Shown here one piece after another: positions 11,501-23,072 of a DNA stretch of 64,000 nucleotides. The translations under genes and the position numbers were made by a program. Location: contig NC_092670.1 in assembly GCF_964355755.1 (NCBI RefSeq), positions 29,748,388-29,812,387 on the forward strand. Direction: 5' to 3'. This DNA comes from Antedon mediterranea (taxonomy: Eukaryota; Animalia; Echinodermata). The notes beneath the pieces are model-generated. The model was not told the origin of the DNA. It made no database searches and was given only the letters and a program-made list of their open reading frames with translations. The stretch's first letter is position 1. Every line of letters begins with the position of its first letter.

Positions 11501-14500
11501 GTTCTTTTTACCCAATTTTATAAATAGCTACCATGTAATAGCACTATCAAATAGAACTTTACCATGCAATAGAACAAATACTGAACTTCATATAATTCAA
11601 AATGAACCAATAAAATGTGTTAGCCTATATACAATGCTATTCAATATTGTCTATTAATCAGAATACCAAACTTACTTGGCTGGACTGGTACAAGCTTTGT
11701 CTGGTTGTCTTCTGGCGTCATACCAATTGGAAGACAAGAGTTTGGTACAGCTGGTGCTAGAAGAATAAACCGAATTATCATTTTTACACATGTAGTTTTA
11801 GAGAGAGAAATGTCCTCAAAAACTTGCGTTATTTAAATGTGCATTTATTTAAACCGTATGACAGTACAGTCAATTCTACAGACTGAAACCAAACTGTCTG
11901 GAGATTGTAAACAGATTGTCAGACAATTTTTAGCTACCACACTGAGCATCCAGTTTTTGGGGCGAATTGAGTTTAAAAAGTATAAAAAAAAACAAAACAA
12001 ACACCACAATGAATGCAAATCACAAAAATATGCACTTCAATTTCCTCATTTTAAGACTTTAATGCAACACTATTTAGTATAAACAATTCCATACCTCCTA
12101 TCTTATATATTTCAACTGAACCAAAATCCACATCAAAAGAATGAGGATAAAAACAATTTCTGAATCCATAGAAGTATTCCCTCACTCGGTCATCCCTAGT
12201 TGTTCTACGGAATGTTTGTGATCTGTCCACAGTCTGCCATACAATATTAATTGTATACAAATAAATGTATTTATTTATTCAGCAATCAAATAGAAATTCT
12301 GAATTCAGTCAAATTAATATTATACAATTACAATATAAAATGATCATTAATTCATAAGGTTTATAATTAACATTTCTTGGGTGTTTTTATTGTTTAAAAA
12401 TAAGAGGATTTAAGAGGATAAATAAAAAGGATAAAATATTTTTATAAAGTGGTCACTACAGTTTTTAACATGAGTCATATTGCACTCATTGTCTCATTTT
12501 CATACACTGTACTAATTAACTTACCCCTCCTGATTTAGGTTGAAGCACCACCTTTACAAAAGATGGCATGTCTCTTACTAATTCATTGTATAATCTTTCT
12601 TGATCAAGTACAACAATTACATCAACTAAAATAAGAATGTTTTAATTATAAATAACATAACAATTATTATATTATTATTACCCGATTTTAAATATAATTA
12701 GTGTTGGACTAAGAGACTAGAGGTTTCTGGCCTTATAAATTTAAGGAGAGTGTCATGGATATAGGTTCTAAGTGTTACAGTACTATGAACATTCAGAAAC
12801 CTGGGATAACACTACCACTTGTAAGATTTAATTTTGAACTATTGATTACCTTCAAATGCTTGTGCTGCATGAGTGATGCATTTATATCCATCACCTTTGA
12901 CCCAACCACATGTATTGATAACACAGCCACTTGTAGAAGCTATGTATAACAAAACAAAAACATCCAGTAATCTTTTTAGGTGATCATTTAGAATAAAATG
13001 ATCACCTATTGTAATTGTATCAAATTTTTATTGTTATTGTTTCTGGGCACTATTTTGTGTAACAATTATCTCAAAAAGTTTAATGTCAATGATTACCAAA
13101 ATTTCACAATATCTTTCAAATAATATAACTTAATCCTAATAAGCTTTTCAGCGTGATCACTCATCCGTGACGTCATTTATACGCCATTTTGTCACATTTC
13201 CATAATTCATTATCACATATTAATGAAATTTCACTACACGTAAACTTCAGGTCAAGGGTAAAAATATTAGCAAATAAAAACGCATACGTACATAGGGTCA
13301 TGCGCGTGAAATCGCGCTTTAAAAATTTAAAAAGTTCAAAATTAAATTTTTATCAATTTAGAGCACGAATTAGGCCATTTGTTTCAAAAAATTACTGCGC
13401 AAAAAATAATTTTTGCGCGCGCGATACTTAAAAAGCGTAAAAATACGATTTTTTTTACAAATCGCATTCTACTCACCATCCTTAGTACATTCACCAAATT
13501 TGAGTCAGTCCCGACTTAAAATAACGCTATACGATTAATTAATTGCACCAAAGTGCTGAAAATGCTGAAAAATAAGGCATTTTTAAAATGAAAATAATTC
13601 TCCAGAATGCACGATGACCCCCAATTTTTTTAACTTATTCTGGAAGCCATTGAATTGTAGATATGAATACATGTTGTGTAAAAAAAAATGTTGTGACGTC
13701 ATCAAATGGCCACTTGAATTTAAAATTAAGTTTTTTTTCTATTGCGTCATATTTTATCATATTCAATAGAACGCAACTCTGTTATTTTTTACCCGATTTT
13801 TGCTCAAATTTTAGTATGTGATTGCTCAATTAATTGACTTTCTCATGACTGGCCACTATTTTTATTTTGATGACGTCATCACGCGTATAAACTTGAATAA
13901 CGTATGTCGTGTAATTTCACCTTCGCCGTAAATTTGAATATCATACAGCTCTTCAGAATTGAAGGTTACCTTGATGATTATAATTTATTATGAAAGCTGA
14001 TGAAATGTAGATATGAATTCGTATAAAAATCAGGCCTATCGGATGTTGTGAATTTAACATATGGCCAGTTGAAGTTAAAAAGTAGTTTTTTCATCTTTTT
14101 CGTCACAGTTATACAAATTTCAAAGAGCGCGCATAGCGCTTCTACGTGCCAAATTTTCTTCCAATTCTTATATTTATTTGCTCAATTCATTATCTTTCTA
14201 AATTGTCATCTTCCGAGTTTATTTTGATAATTCCATCATACCAAAAAATTAGAACATGATGTGCCCCGTAATTTCACCTATGCTACACTGTATATAGATA
14301 TACAGTATATACTGTACATATTATATATGACACATAATAGGTACAACTCAGCACTATAAGCATGCATCATGTCATAGGATGGCGTACGATCGTATGCTAA
14401 CGTACACGCATGTTTGCAAAATTTAATTTCATTAAAATGATAAAAATGATCACCTATAATTCGTCAAAGTGACGAATTATTATTAAATTCTAGTTATTTT

Positions 14501-17500
14501 TAGATTTGGTGTATATAAAATTAACAATAGCAATAAGCAACCCGAAGCCTGTTGGCTTAGATTTTAAGTACTGTACTATGTACGGTAGGATCTTCATGAT
14601 TTAACTAGTGTTTTTTATTAATCAAAATATATACATTGTTTGGAAATGCAATTTATGTTTACTACTATGAACACATGCTCATACACAAATCTCTCACTTT
14701 TGCAGTCAATTGTGAAAGAGTACAGATTCAATGCTTTAATATTGTGTACAGATGGTTGTTTGATGTACTAATACATTATTAGTGCACAAGATATAAAATA
14801 GTAACTTCACAAGTATGATTACCTAAAGGATTGAGTTTGCAGCGTGTGTTCAAAATATCTGCAATCTGTGATGTGAGCAGGTTGTAAAGTTTGAGGTTAG
14901 CCCCTGGCGTAGTGACTCCAAAGTGATATACTAATGGTGCATTTAGTGGTAAGCCTTCTTCAACATCTGCTGGTCGTTCTACAAGAAGTGCTCCCACTGT
15001 ACCAGGCACTGACAGAGTTCCCTGGATGTGGGAAAGATAAAAATGTGTTTAGGAAAATCAATCAATTGATATTGTAGTAAAATCTGATACCCATATGCAA
15101 GACTTTGACACCCCTTTATTCATGGAACAATCCTCTGATCCCGCTGATAGGTGGGTAGATATGGGTAACATTAGACGGGAGAAACCACATGGTAGTCAGT
15201 CAGGCTTCAATCTCCATAAGATTACAGACCTATATTATTATTACTGACTGCATTAGCTAAAACACCTCTATTGAATCTTAGATAATACAATGTTTACCTC
15301 CACCAAGGAGGTATATGTAGTCGATCACGTTTGTCTGGTTGTTTGTTAGCAGGATTACTCAAAAAGTAATTACAAGATCTTTACTAAAATGCCAATAATA
15401 CACTAGATATGTGGTCAAGGACCATTCCATTAAATTTTAGAAGCAATCTGGACCACAGTCCCAATTCTGGACCACTTTTTAGTATAATTTTTAGACCTGC
15501 TAGTGTTAAAAGATAGGACAGAATTTTCTAAAGCTGGCGAGCAGTCTTAAAATAACAAGTAAACTGAAATTGCATTTTTTCGAAAACTACTTGTCCAAAA
15601 AACTTCATTTTTGTACAAGAGGCAAGAGTTATAATTTGTGATTTGTAATTTTAAAATATAAATTGATTTAATTTACAGGTTTTTTGATACGAGTAGTTTA
15701 AAATTTTCTTTTCAAATTCACCCGTTTGTTTTTGCCGTTGCTGTTCTATTGTTTAGTCAACATAATCTATTGTTAGTTGAAAGGCTGGTTACATAACCAT
15801 TAAACTAAATTCGCATACACATACTTGAATGTAGTGAAATTAAATCACACACAGCATTAAGACACGCACAAATATATATATATTTTCCCGGAGAAATCTT
15901 ATGTAGGAGAATTTTACAGTAGGCAGAGGTATGCACTCTTGGAGTGGCTTTCTAATTATTATTGTGTACTCTATTGTTTAAGTTTAAAGGATAATTAAAG
16001 CTCTTTGAACCATTAGCAGATCGTAGTGTGTGTTTCTGTGAATCATCTGTATTTATTATTGTCTTAGGAATAACACCGATGCCGAAGCCACTCAACAAGG
16101 CAGATAAAAAGTTACAATATATAAAACAAAATGAGAACTAATGTTCCACTGACCTGTCCAACATCTAGTTCTACATAAGTTGGTTGTCTACCAACTCTGA
16201 TGGCGTAGTTCAGTAACAGCTTACAAACTGTACTCTTACCAACATCCTGAGGCCCAACTACCATAACCTATGTGTAATAAAATAAATCAATTACAAGTAT
16301 TATTAATAAGATTGATTGAATTCTAACTGACAAACATGAAGATAACTAACATGTTGATCCCTCAACAAGAAAACACAAGGCACAACATACAAATACAACA
16401 AAAGAAAAACAAAAATTATTTATACAAAAAAATCAATTTACATGACTTTTGTCATCTCTTGCATCTTGTCCTCTTTTGTGCCTTTTCACCTTTATTTGAT
16501 GGTGTAACACCACTTTTTTTCATATTATATAATGCAAGTACTGTATACATTGTTTGGAATTATTACCTTATAAAAGGAAACTTCAACAATTAATCAATCA
16601 ATAAATTAAACAGATTATACTTTTAGCAGCAGGTATAACATAATAGACCTCCATAAATGCACCTAACTTACTCTAGGCCCTCTGGTTCCATCCATCTCTG
16701 CTTGGTTTCTCATCTGTTCTAATGCTGCATGAGTGTTGAGGTACATCAGCATTGGTGTGTCTCTAGATACATAAGCAGCCTCTGTTTGTCCTCGTAGGTG
16801 CATTGCGGTTAAGGGTTAAACAATTATGTAATATGCTGATAAAATGTAATTTATGTCTCTGTAGTGTTAGATAATAATTCTTCCCTAATAATTACATTGA
16901 GGAAAGAATAGCTTTAAAACAAATTATCATGAGATATAGGTCATGAATAAATAAAATGCCCTTCTGCCAATAGTAGTGTCATAGACTATGTCATAGAATG
17001 TAAGTAATAGTAAATTATATACAAAAAATATTTCTCATTCGAGCGAGTCAAATGGTTGAGCAGTTAAGGAAAGGGGCACCGTTTACCATACCTGAAGAGC
17101 CTACAATATCGGCATGGGGTCCAGTGTACACAGCCGTGCACTTTAAATAACACAGTTCATCATTCAAGATGAGGAGGGGTTACAAAAATAACACCTGTGT
17201 CTGGAGGATTACCACTTATCTGATAGAACAGTGATTCATTTTCTATTCATAATGCTTGGCATAAAGATTTTAAATAAACAAGAAATTTTATTTCTTTAAA
17301 AAACGCTGCCACTTTCTTTTGTCTTTTTTCATTTATAAATGATGCTATTTGTATTGATATTCTATTTTATAATAATAAATAATGATTCATTTTTAATTAT
17401 TTTTGTTTAACAATCAGTAGTGTAGACATTTTGTAACATAAATATAGTTGGAAATGAACAAAACTATACTCCTTAAGGCCGTAGTGACCCTCCGAGTGAC

Positions 17501-19315
17501 GCACACCCCAACATTCCAGTAAACAAAATGTGTAATTTCTCAGCCGCCCACAAACGTACTCACTAATCAAACAATTCTTTATCTATACACACCATTCACC
17601 AACAATATTTACCACAGAGGAAGGCTTGTTTTGACCATTATTAAATGATCAATCAATAGTATTATACAGCCAAAATGAACAAATTGTTTATTGAACAGGT
17701 CTCACAGACTATAGTTTCATGCTTTGGGGTTTGCACATGCCCAGTCTGAGTTTACAAATTCCGATGTTTTCGGCAATAGTAAACTATAAGCTTAAACGTG
17801 ATACAATTTCCAAATGCTTCCGTCCTCTTGGATATAACTGCCTATGGCTTGGCAAGAAAAATAAAAATTCCTAATAAACTGTAAATAAAGAAGGATATAT
17901 AGATTAAGCATCCATGCCATGTGAACACAGCTACTTTGGCCCCTGCAGTAAACTTGTAAATGTGATTGCGTAAAAGCTCTGTACCAAATACCTCAGCTAG
18001 ACCTTCTTTTAACTAATAAAAGTAACAAACTATTAATTATAATTTGTGAATATTTTATAATAGAGAATATGGATTATTTTATAGCCTACTGTAGTTTGGA
18101 TTAAAAATAAACATCATCTATAGAATAAATATTAATAGTAATAATGTCTTTAAAGAATATACAGTAATACTTTTCTATCTAATCTAATGAACATGATCAG
18201 TAATGTTTAGATGTTTAATAATTATCGAGGACCCCTTCTGAAACAAGCCCGCCTCAGCTTAAAGGGTTATCCTCTGCTATTCCATAACTGTTTTATTATT
18301 AATAGTTTTTGTTTGATTTTGGTAACTTCCAACTACTGTATATGTTTGTATTGTATCCTGTATTTATGGAAAGCAATAAATATTACAAACGAACAAACAA
18401 TTGATACGATACAATGTTCTTGTGTTTATTGCTGATGATGTAATGTATATTTCATGTATTTATTGTTGTTTAACATTCTCAGTATAAACAGGCCTTAATA
18501 GATCAAGTGTGGTCAATTTTAAATATTCCCATGTAATAAACAGCACTATAAAATAAATTTCACTAGTATTTCATTTACAAAGTTACATAGACAATTATTT
18601 AAAAACATTAATTTTTTGAATGGCTATTATAAAAGAATTTAAAATGCTATTTGGCGGAACAATTTCAATAGTTAAGTAGCATGAAAACATTAGAGTAAAT
18701 GTGGAAAGTCCAAAAAAAACCAAAAATTATATTACAGTGTTTGTCCTACACACAAATTAGTACAGTGTACATACAGTACGTACAGTTTTAGATGGGTAAA
18801 TTTTAATGACAGAAATTTACTTACTTCCATCTGCACCTCATGTTCAACTTCGAAGCGCAATTCATTATCTTTTTCAAGACGGAATTCTCGCCATTCCTAT
18901 ATTATTAGTGCACAATGACATAACAATTTATGATTATGAATGAATAGAAATAAAACACTGTTTTTATTTATATAATTTGATATTCTTTTTTAAATTAGAG
19001 AAGTATACATTTGTTTAGTTCAGCACTTTCAACTGACCGAACATTAAATCATAAAAAACAAATAGTTTAATTATGTATTATCGTCTATTAATTTGCTCAC
19101 TACTAGATTATCAAGAATGTTATTTGTGGTAAATAACAACTGACTGCACTATTTAGAAGGCAAAAACAAATTCATTGGTGATTTTGATTATTATTATTTA
19201 ATAATTGTAGTGTAACTGGTAGCTGCGATCTGCGAACCTGATAGAGCCTACCACCTATACACTACTGTAGGCCCACCTTATTTTCAGGCTGTAATTGGGA
19301 TGTACTTGGTTCCAT
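5555..19315 (-). CDS. CLP1: Polyribonucleotide 5'-hydroxyl kinase Clp1 (tRNA splicing / pre-mRNA cleavage factor II), 12 coding exons, 426 aa
   Basis: Exons on the - strand: 19315-19277, 18896-18825, 18012-17899, 16797-16672, 16267-16154, 15021-14823, 12939-12850, 12625-12525, 12233-12095, 11756-11676, 11314-11221, 5666-5555. They total 1281 nt, in frame. The translation matches remembered Clp1 motifs: [25 protein letters not shown], Walker [68 protein letters not shown]...RFMDIK*. A splice acceptor just upstream of the ATG implies a non-coding first exon, which I could not locate. Confidence 0.97.
5802..11022 (-). mobile_element. Decayed 5'-truncated LINE (CR1/L2 group) in the last CLP1 intron, interrupted by a TIR element
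   Basis: Frameshifted RT fragments: [73 protein letters not shown]. The C-terminal [19 protein letters not shown] reads through once 6263-9205 is removed. Poly-A tail near 5802-5817. Confidence 0.9.
6263..9205. mobile_element. Non-autonomous DNA transposon with ~420-bp TIRs, Academ-like
   Basis: 6282-6700 is an inverted repeat of ~8763-9175. Termini are TAGTAC...GTACTA, with a 3-bp TSD TGT on both sides (6260-6262, 9206-9208). Removing it restores the LINE frame. Confidence 0.8.
12976..14494 (+). mobile_element. Full-length Helentron-type non-autonomous element (HINE/DINE-1-like, family B) in a CLP1 intron
   Basis: 5' TTAGGTGATCATTT with adjacent inverted copy, a short (TTA/TTG) repeat, 3' subterminal AAATGATCACCTA, hairpin AATTCGTCA-AAG-TGACGAATT and terminal CTAGT, in a T-rich target. 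Confidence 0.85.
15293..15956 (+). mobile_element. Short, older Helentron-type non-autonomous element (family D)
   Basis: 5' TTTACCTCCACCAAGGAGGTA, a (GTTT/GTCT)-like microsatellite, 3' GGCAGAGGTA plus hairpin CACTC-TTG-GAGTG and a degenerate CTAAT end. Confidence 0.6.
16798..17898 (-). other. U12-type (minor spliceosome) AT-AC intron of CLP1
   Basis: 5' splice site ATATCCTTC, branch point CCCTTAAC (16815-16808) 10 nt before the terminal AC. It joins ...HGCLIY to [11 protein letters not shown] in frame, colinear with Clp1. Confidence 0.93.
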
Positions 19316-21341
19316 TGTTTATAATCTGTAATAAATACAAATATTTATTATTATCTAGGCCTAATATTTTGTATATTGGTGTAGCTGAGGTTAGTACTGT
19401 AGCAGCCAATAGTAAGACTATAGTTGGCTTAATATTTATATCAGTGGTAGCGTGCGTAGTTATAGTCCGGTTGAGTTCAGTAGGCTATATTAAAACATTT
19501 TAAAGCTCAGGTACAGGCATGAATTTTAAATATAATATCTGGTTAATTGTACATAAATCAAATATTTGTAACAGAAATCAAGACGAAAAACCATGAATTT
19601 CCCCTAATATGGTCAAATACAAAATTTGGCAAAATTCTGCCAAAAAAAAACCGGAAGACTTTTTTTTAGTAGTTAGGTAGTTAACATAATGTAATAACAT
19701 GTCTGGTGACTCCCTAAAAGGTGAAAAAAGATGGTGGATATACGGTGGATAATTTTTGCTATAGCATGAAAATAAAATTCTGAAGTTGAATAAAAATACC
19801 AGAAATGTAAAATTCAAGTTATATTACCTATATTTAGTCATCTGATAACATTTTTTACCACACCGTTTAGCTTTTTAAAATGCCTCTCTATTTTTAAAAT
19901 TTGTGTACAAAAGAATAGAGATTTTACTGTGTAATTTGAACTACTAGAGGGTGAGCTCGCTTCGCTCGTTCCCCCTCTAGGAAGTGTAGACGATGGTTTT
20001 CGGAATGATAATGTTCTCCTTATACGTTTTCGGTTACCATTATTGAAAATGCTTGACATTCGTAAAACTAAACTACTTTGTTTCACAGTGTTTTAGATGA
20101 TTAATAACATTTTAAAGTACAGTTTTTATTGTTTGGTAGGGCCCTTTGGGGAGGCGGAGGTCATTTGAGGGAGGTGCTTATTCGAGGGATATATGTTAAA
20201 TTTTGTAGTTTTAATAATATGGTAACATTTATAATCAAATGAAATCCTCTAATAGATATGAAAAGTGCTAAAAGAATAACAAATGCTTGGTAAATAGTAG
20301 ATAACAGTGCGGTGAATTCTACTACAAATAGTACCGTATAATTGTGTTGTTATAATATAAGTATGTGGATGGACGTTTATTAGATAGTTGGGTGGGGGGG
20401 GGGGGGGGTTATTATTCAAAGTGATGTTTTATTGGAGAGGCGTTTATTCAAATGAATACCATCCTAATAATTATTAATACATTATTTAATTTAATCATCT
20501 TTTGAAACTAACTGCCGTGACAGAGTGGGCCCAAGAAAGAAGACATTATGGTACGGCTTGCAACATGGGCAGACATCTCGGTCCTAACGGGACACAGGAA
20601 GATAGCCTACAGTTATTCCTGCAAGCTTACTCAATAAAACTCAGCTATCGGGATTTCACTCGAAAAATGTCTTATCATCAAATCTCCCTATGTAAATTTA
20701 TAATACTATTCCCCACAATATATTCTGATTCTTTATGGCGTATATTTAATTTGATCTTTATTAATTTGCAGTATAATTCCTATTATTTAACTACTGTACC
20801 TTCACACACGCGCCGCGGTATGTTTTAAAATAAACAAAAAACTGAAATGGCTATGATTAATGGCCTATATCTGATTTTTTTTTCATCTTCCAAAAAACTG
20901 AAATGGCTATGATTAATGGCCAAATATTCTGGGTTTTTTTTGTCTTCCAAAGGGACACTGTATTGATTGATGGAAAGTGCCGGTTTCCAGTCACCTTTAG
21001 GGTCAAATCTATTATTTTAACTGCACCCTTGTGTATAAAAGAGAGAAAATATTTGAAAACAGGTTGTTGCAAGGTGAACTTATCTTAAACCCGGAAATTA
21101 GTTTGACCGGGAAGAATTGAAATTGAGATGAAAATCTAATGTTGAAATCATAAATTGTGTTAAAAAACTCTTTATAATATCTTCCTAAGATAGAAATATG
21201 GAACAATAGCGTCGCCGTGAACACTAATGTTATCAAATCTACGTTTCGCGGTACATCTCAGATAGATAAGGTAGGTATCCAAGGCGGAGATTTGTACCGA
21301 AGTTTTTGCATTGTGCTCGCCTATGTCAGAATTAACCATAA

Positions 21342-22817
21342 TTAGGTTATATGCATGATATGCATATAACCTCTTGATTCTGTCAAAATCTTTATTTATT
21401 TATTTATTTATTTATTTATTCTTTCCTTAGCACTATTTTGTCCGTGAATTATCTTGATATCAGTTTCATCTATCTAAGTCAATTTTTCAGAGTATATTCC
21501 TTATGGCCAGGAATCGATGTGGTTATATTTTCACGATGCGTAATCAAAAATTACGCGGTCTACGCGCGATTTTACGAAATCACGTTTGTAATCATATCTT
21601 CACAAGCATGAATCACAATTAAACAAAATTTGGTACTCATAAATTTCAGGTCATATTTCATCATATGGCAATACAATTACGTGCGTAGCGCATATAACGC
21701 TTGCGTACGCGCGCTTAAAATGTTCAAAATTGTCAAAATTTATTTTCGATGAAATTAGAGTACGTTTCAGGCAATTTTAAGCGTTTAAAAAATTGCCATG
21801 AGTGCGCAGATTTTTGCACGCGCACTGCGCGTTATACGTTAATGCGCACTCTTTTTGTCCGATTTCGGTTGTACAACCTTTCTTTAATAATATCATCATA
21901 TTTTATTCACTTTTCAACGCGTAATTGCCTTATACGAGCACGTCAAAAGTGACAGGCTACGCACGTGTAAGTTAACAAAATGGTGAAAATATGCTAAATT
22001 TTAAAATTAATATAGATCGTCAAAATGCTCGGGAACACATATTTTTTATTTCATTTTCTTGAAGTGTATGTATCTTATGTATGATTTATTATTAAACTAA
22101 GGGAACAAAAGTTGATTAAGCCATAATTGATTGCATATTAAATTAAAAAAAATTCATTTCGACAATCAAACAAATTATGACATTTTCTTAGGCCAAAATA
22201 ACAAACTTAACATTAACTTTCTTCCTCCAAAAGTTCATATATTAAAGTTAAAAGTATATAGTTTGACAGTGCATCATTTTTGTACATTTTTAGAGATGTC
22301 ATCATAGTAAAAAATTATAATTCATTGCGGTATTTAATAATCTATCTGCACCAAAGTGGTTACTGCATAGTAAATACACGGAGGAATTTTTCTACAATTT
22401 TTAGACAGTTGTGTATGGCTCGGTGGTGTGTGCTCGTGTCTATGGCACTCAAGGTACCGAGATCGAGTCTCACCTTGGGAAACGAAATAAGATTTTTTTT
22501 TTTATTATCCGTATTGTTTGTTCAAATTTATTTCTTAGTGTATATATTATACACATGATTTATAATGAAATCTAGATAAAAAATAACTTATGTCTTTATT
22601 ATTATGTAACAGCAAATGACATTATACGCAGAGGGATCTTTGATCGGATTGTGATACCGGCTATTGTATTCGCGTTAGCAAGGTCCTATCATATATTATA
22701 AATAATTATAGAATCTGAGAAAATCAATGAATCAAAATATCTTTTAAAAATCAATTATCTTTATTAAAATCAATGCATATAACCTATAATTCGTCATAGT
22801 GACGAATTAAATCTAGT
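21342..22817 (+). mobile_element. Full-length Helentron-type non-autonomous element (family C)
   Basis: 5' TTAGGTTATATGCAT with adjacent inverted copy, (TTTA)n, 3' ATGCATATAACCTA, hairpin AATTCGTCA-TAG-TGACGAATT and terminal CTAGT. The interior resembles families A and B. Confidence 0.85.
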
Positions 22818-23072
22818 TTATATATAGATATGATATGAAAGTGCTAATTTTCAACAAGCTCCTGTAACACAAATAAAATCCCCAAAATTATGAAACATAG
22901 GGGAAACTATAGATCGATAATTATTGGAATGTATGATCAATAGAAATTTTTTTCCCGCACCTGGCCTTTAATTTCAGGAAAAATTTTGTTGGGCCAAGGA
23001 ATACCTGGCAATAAGACTAACTAGGCTAGTTGGTGTACTTCGTCCGTGGCCTAGCTCGCTGTAGTGCGGTAT

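Noticed and set aside
17040-17185. Possible SINE central-domain fragment in the U12 intron
   Set aside because: Too degenerate to delimit or classify by eye
20502-20828. 108-aa ORF, and a possible C/D-box pair (TGATGA...CTGA) on the minus strand
   Set aside because: No protein similarity recognised, and the box spacing is too short with no terminal stem for a snoRNA. It could be CLP1 5' UTR sequence, but this is unsupported.
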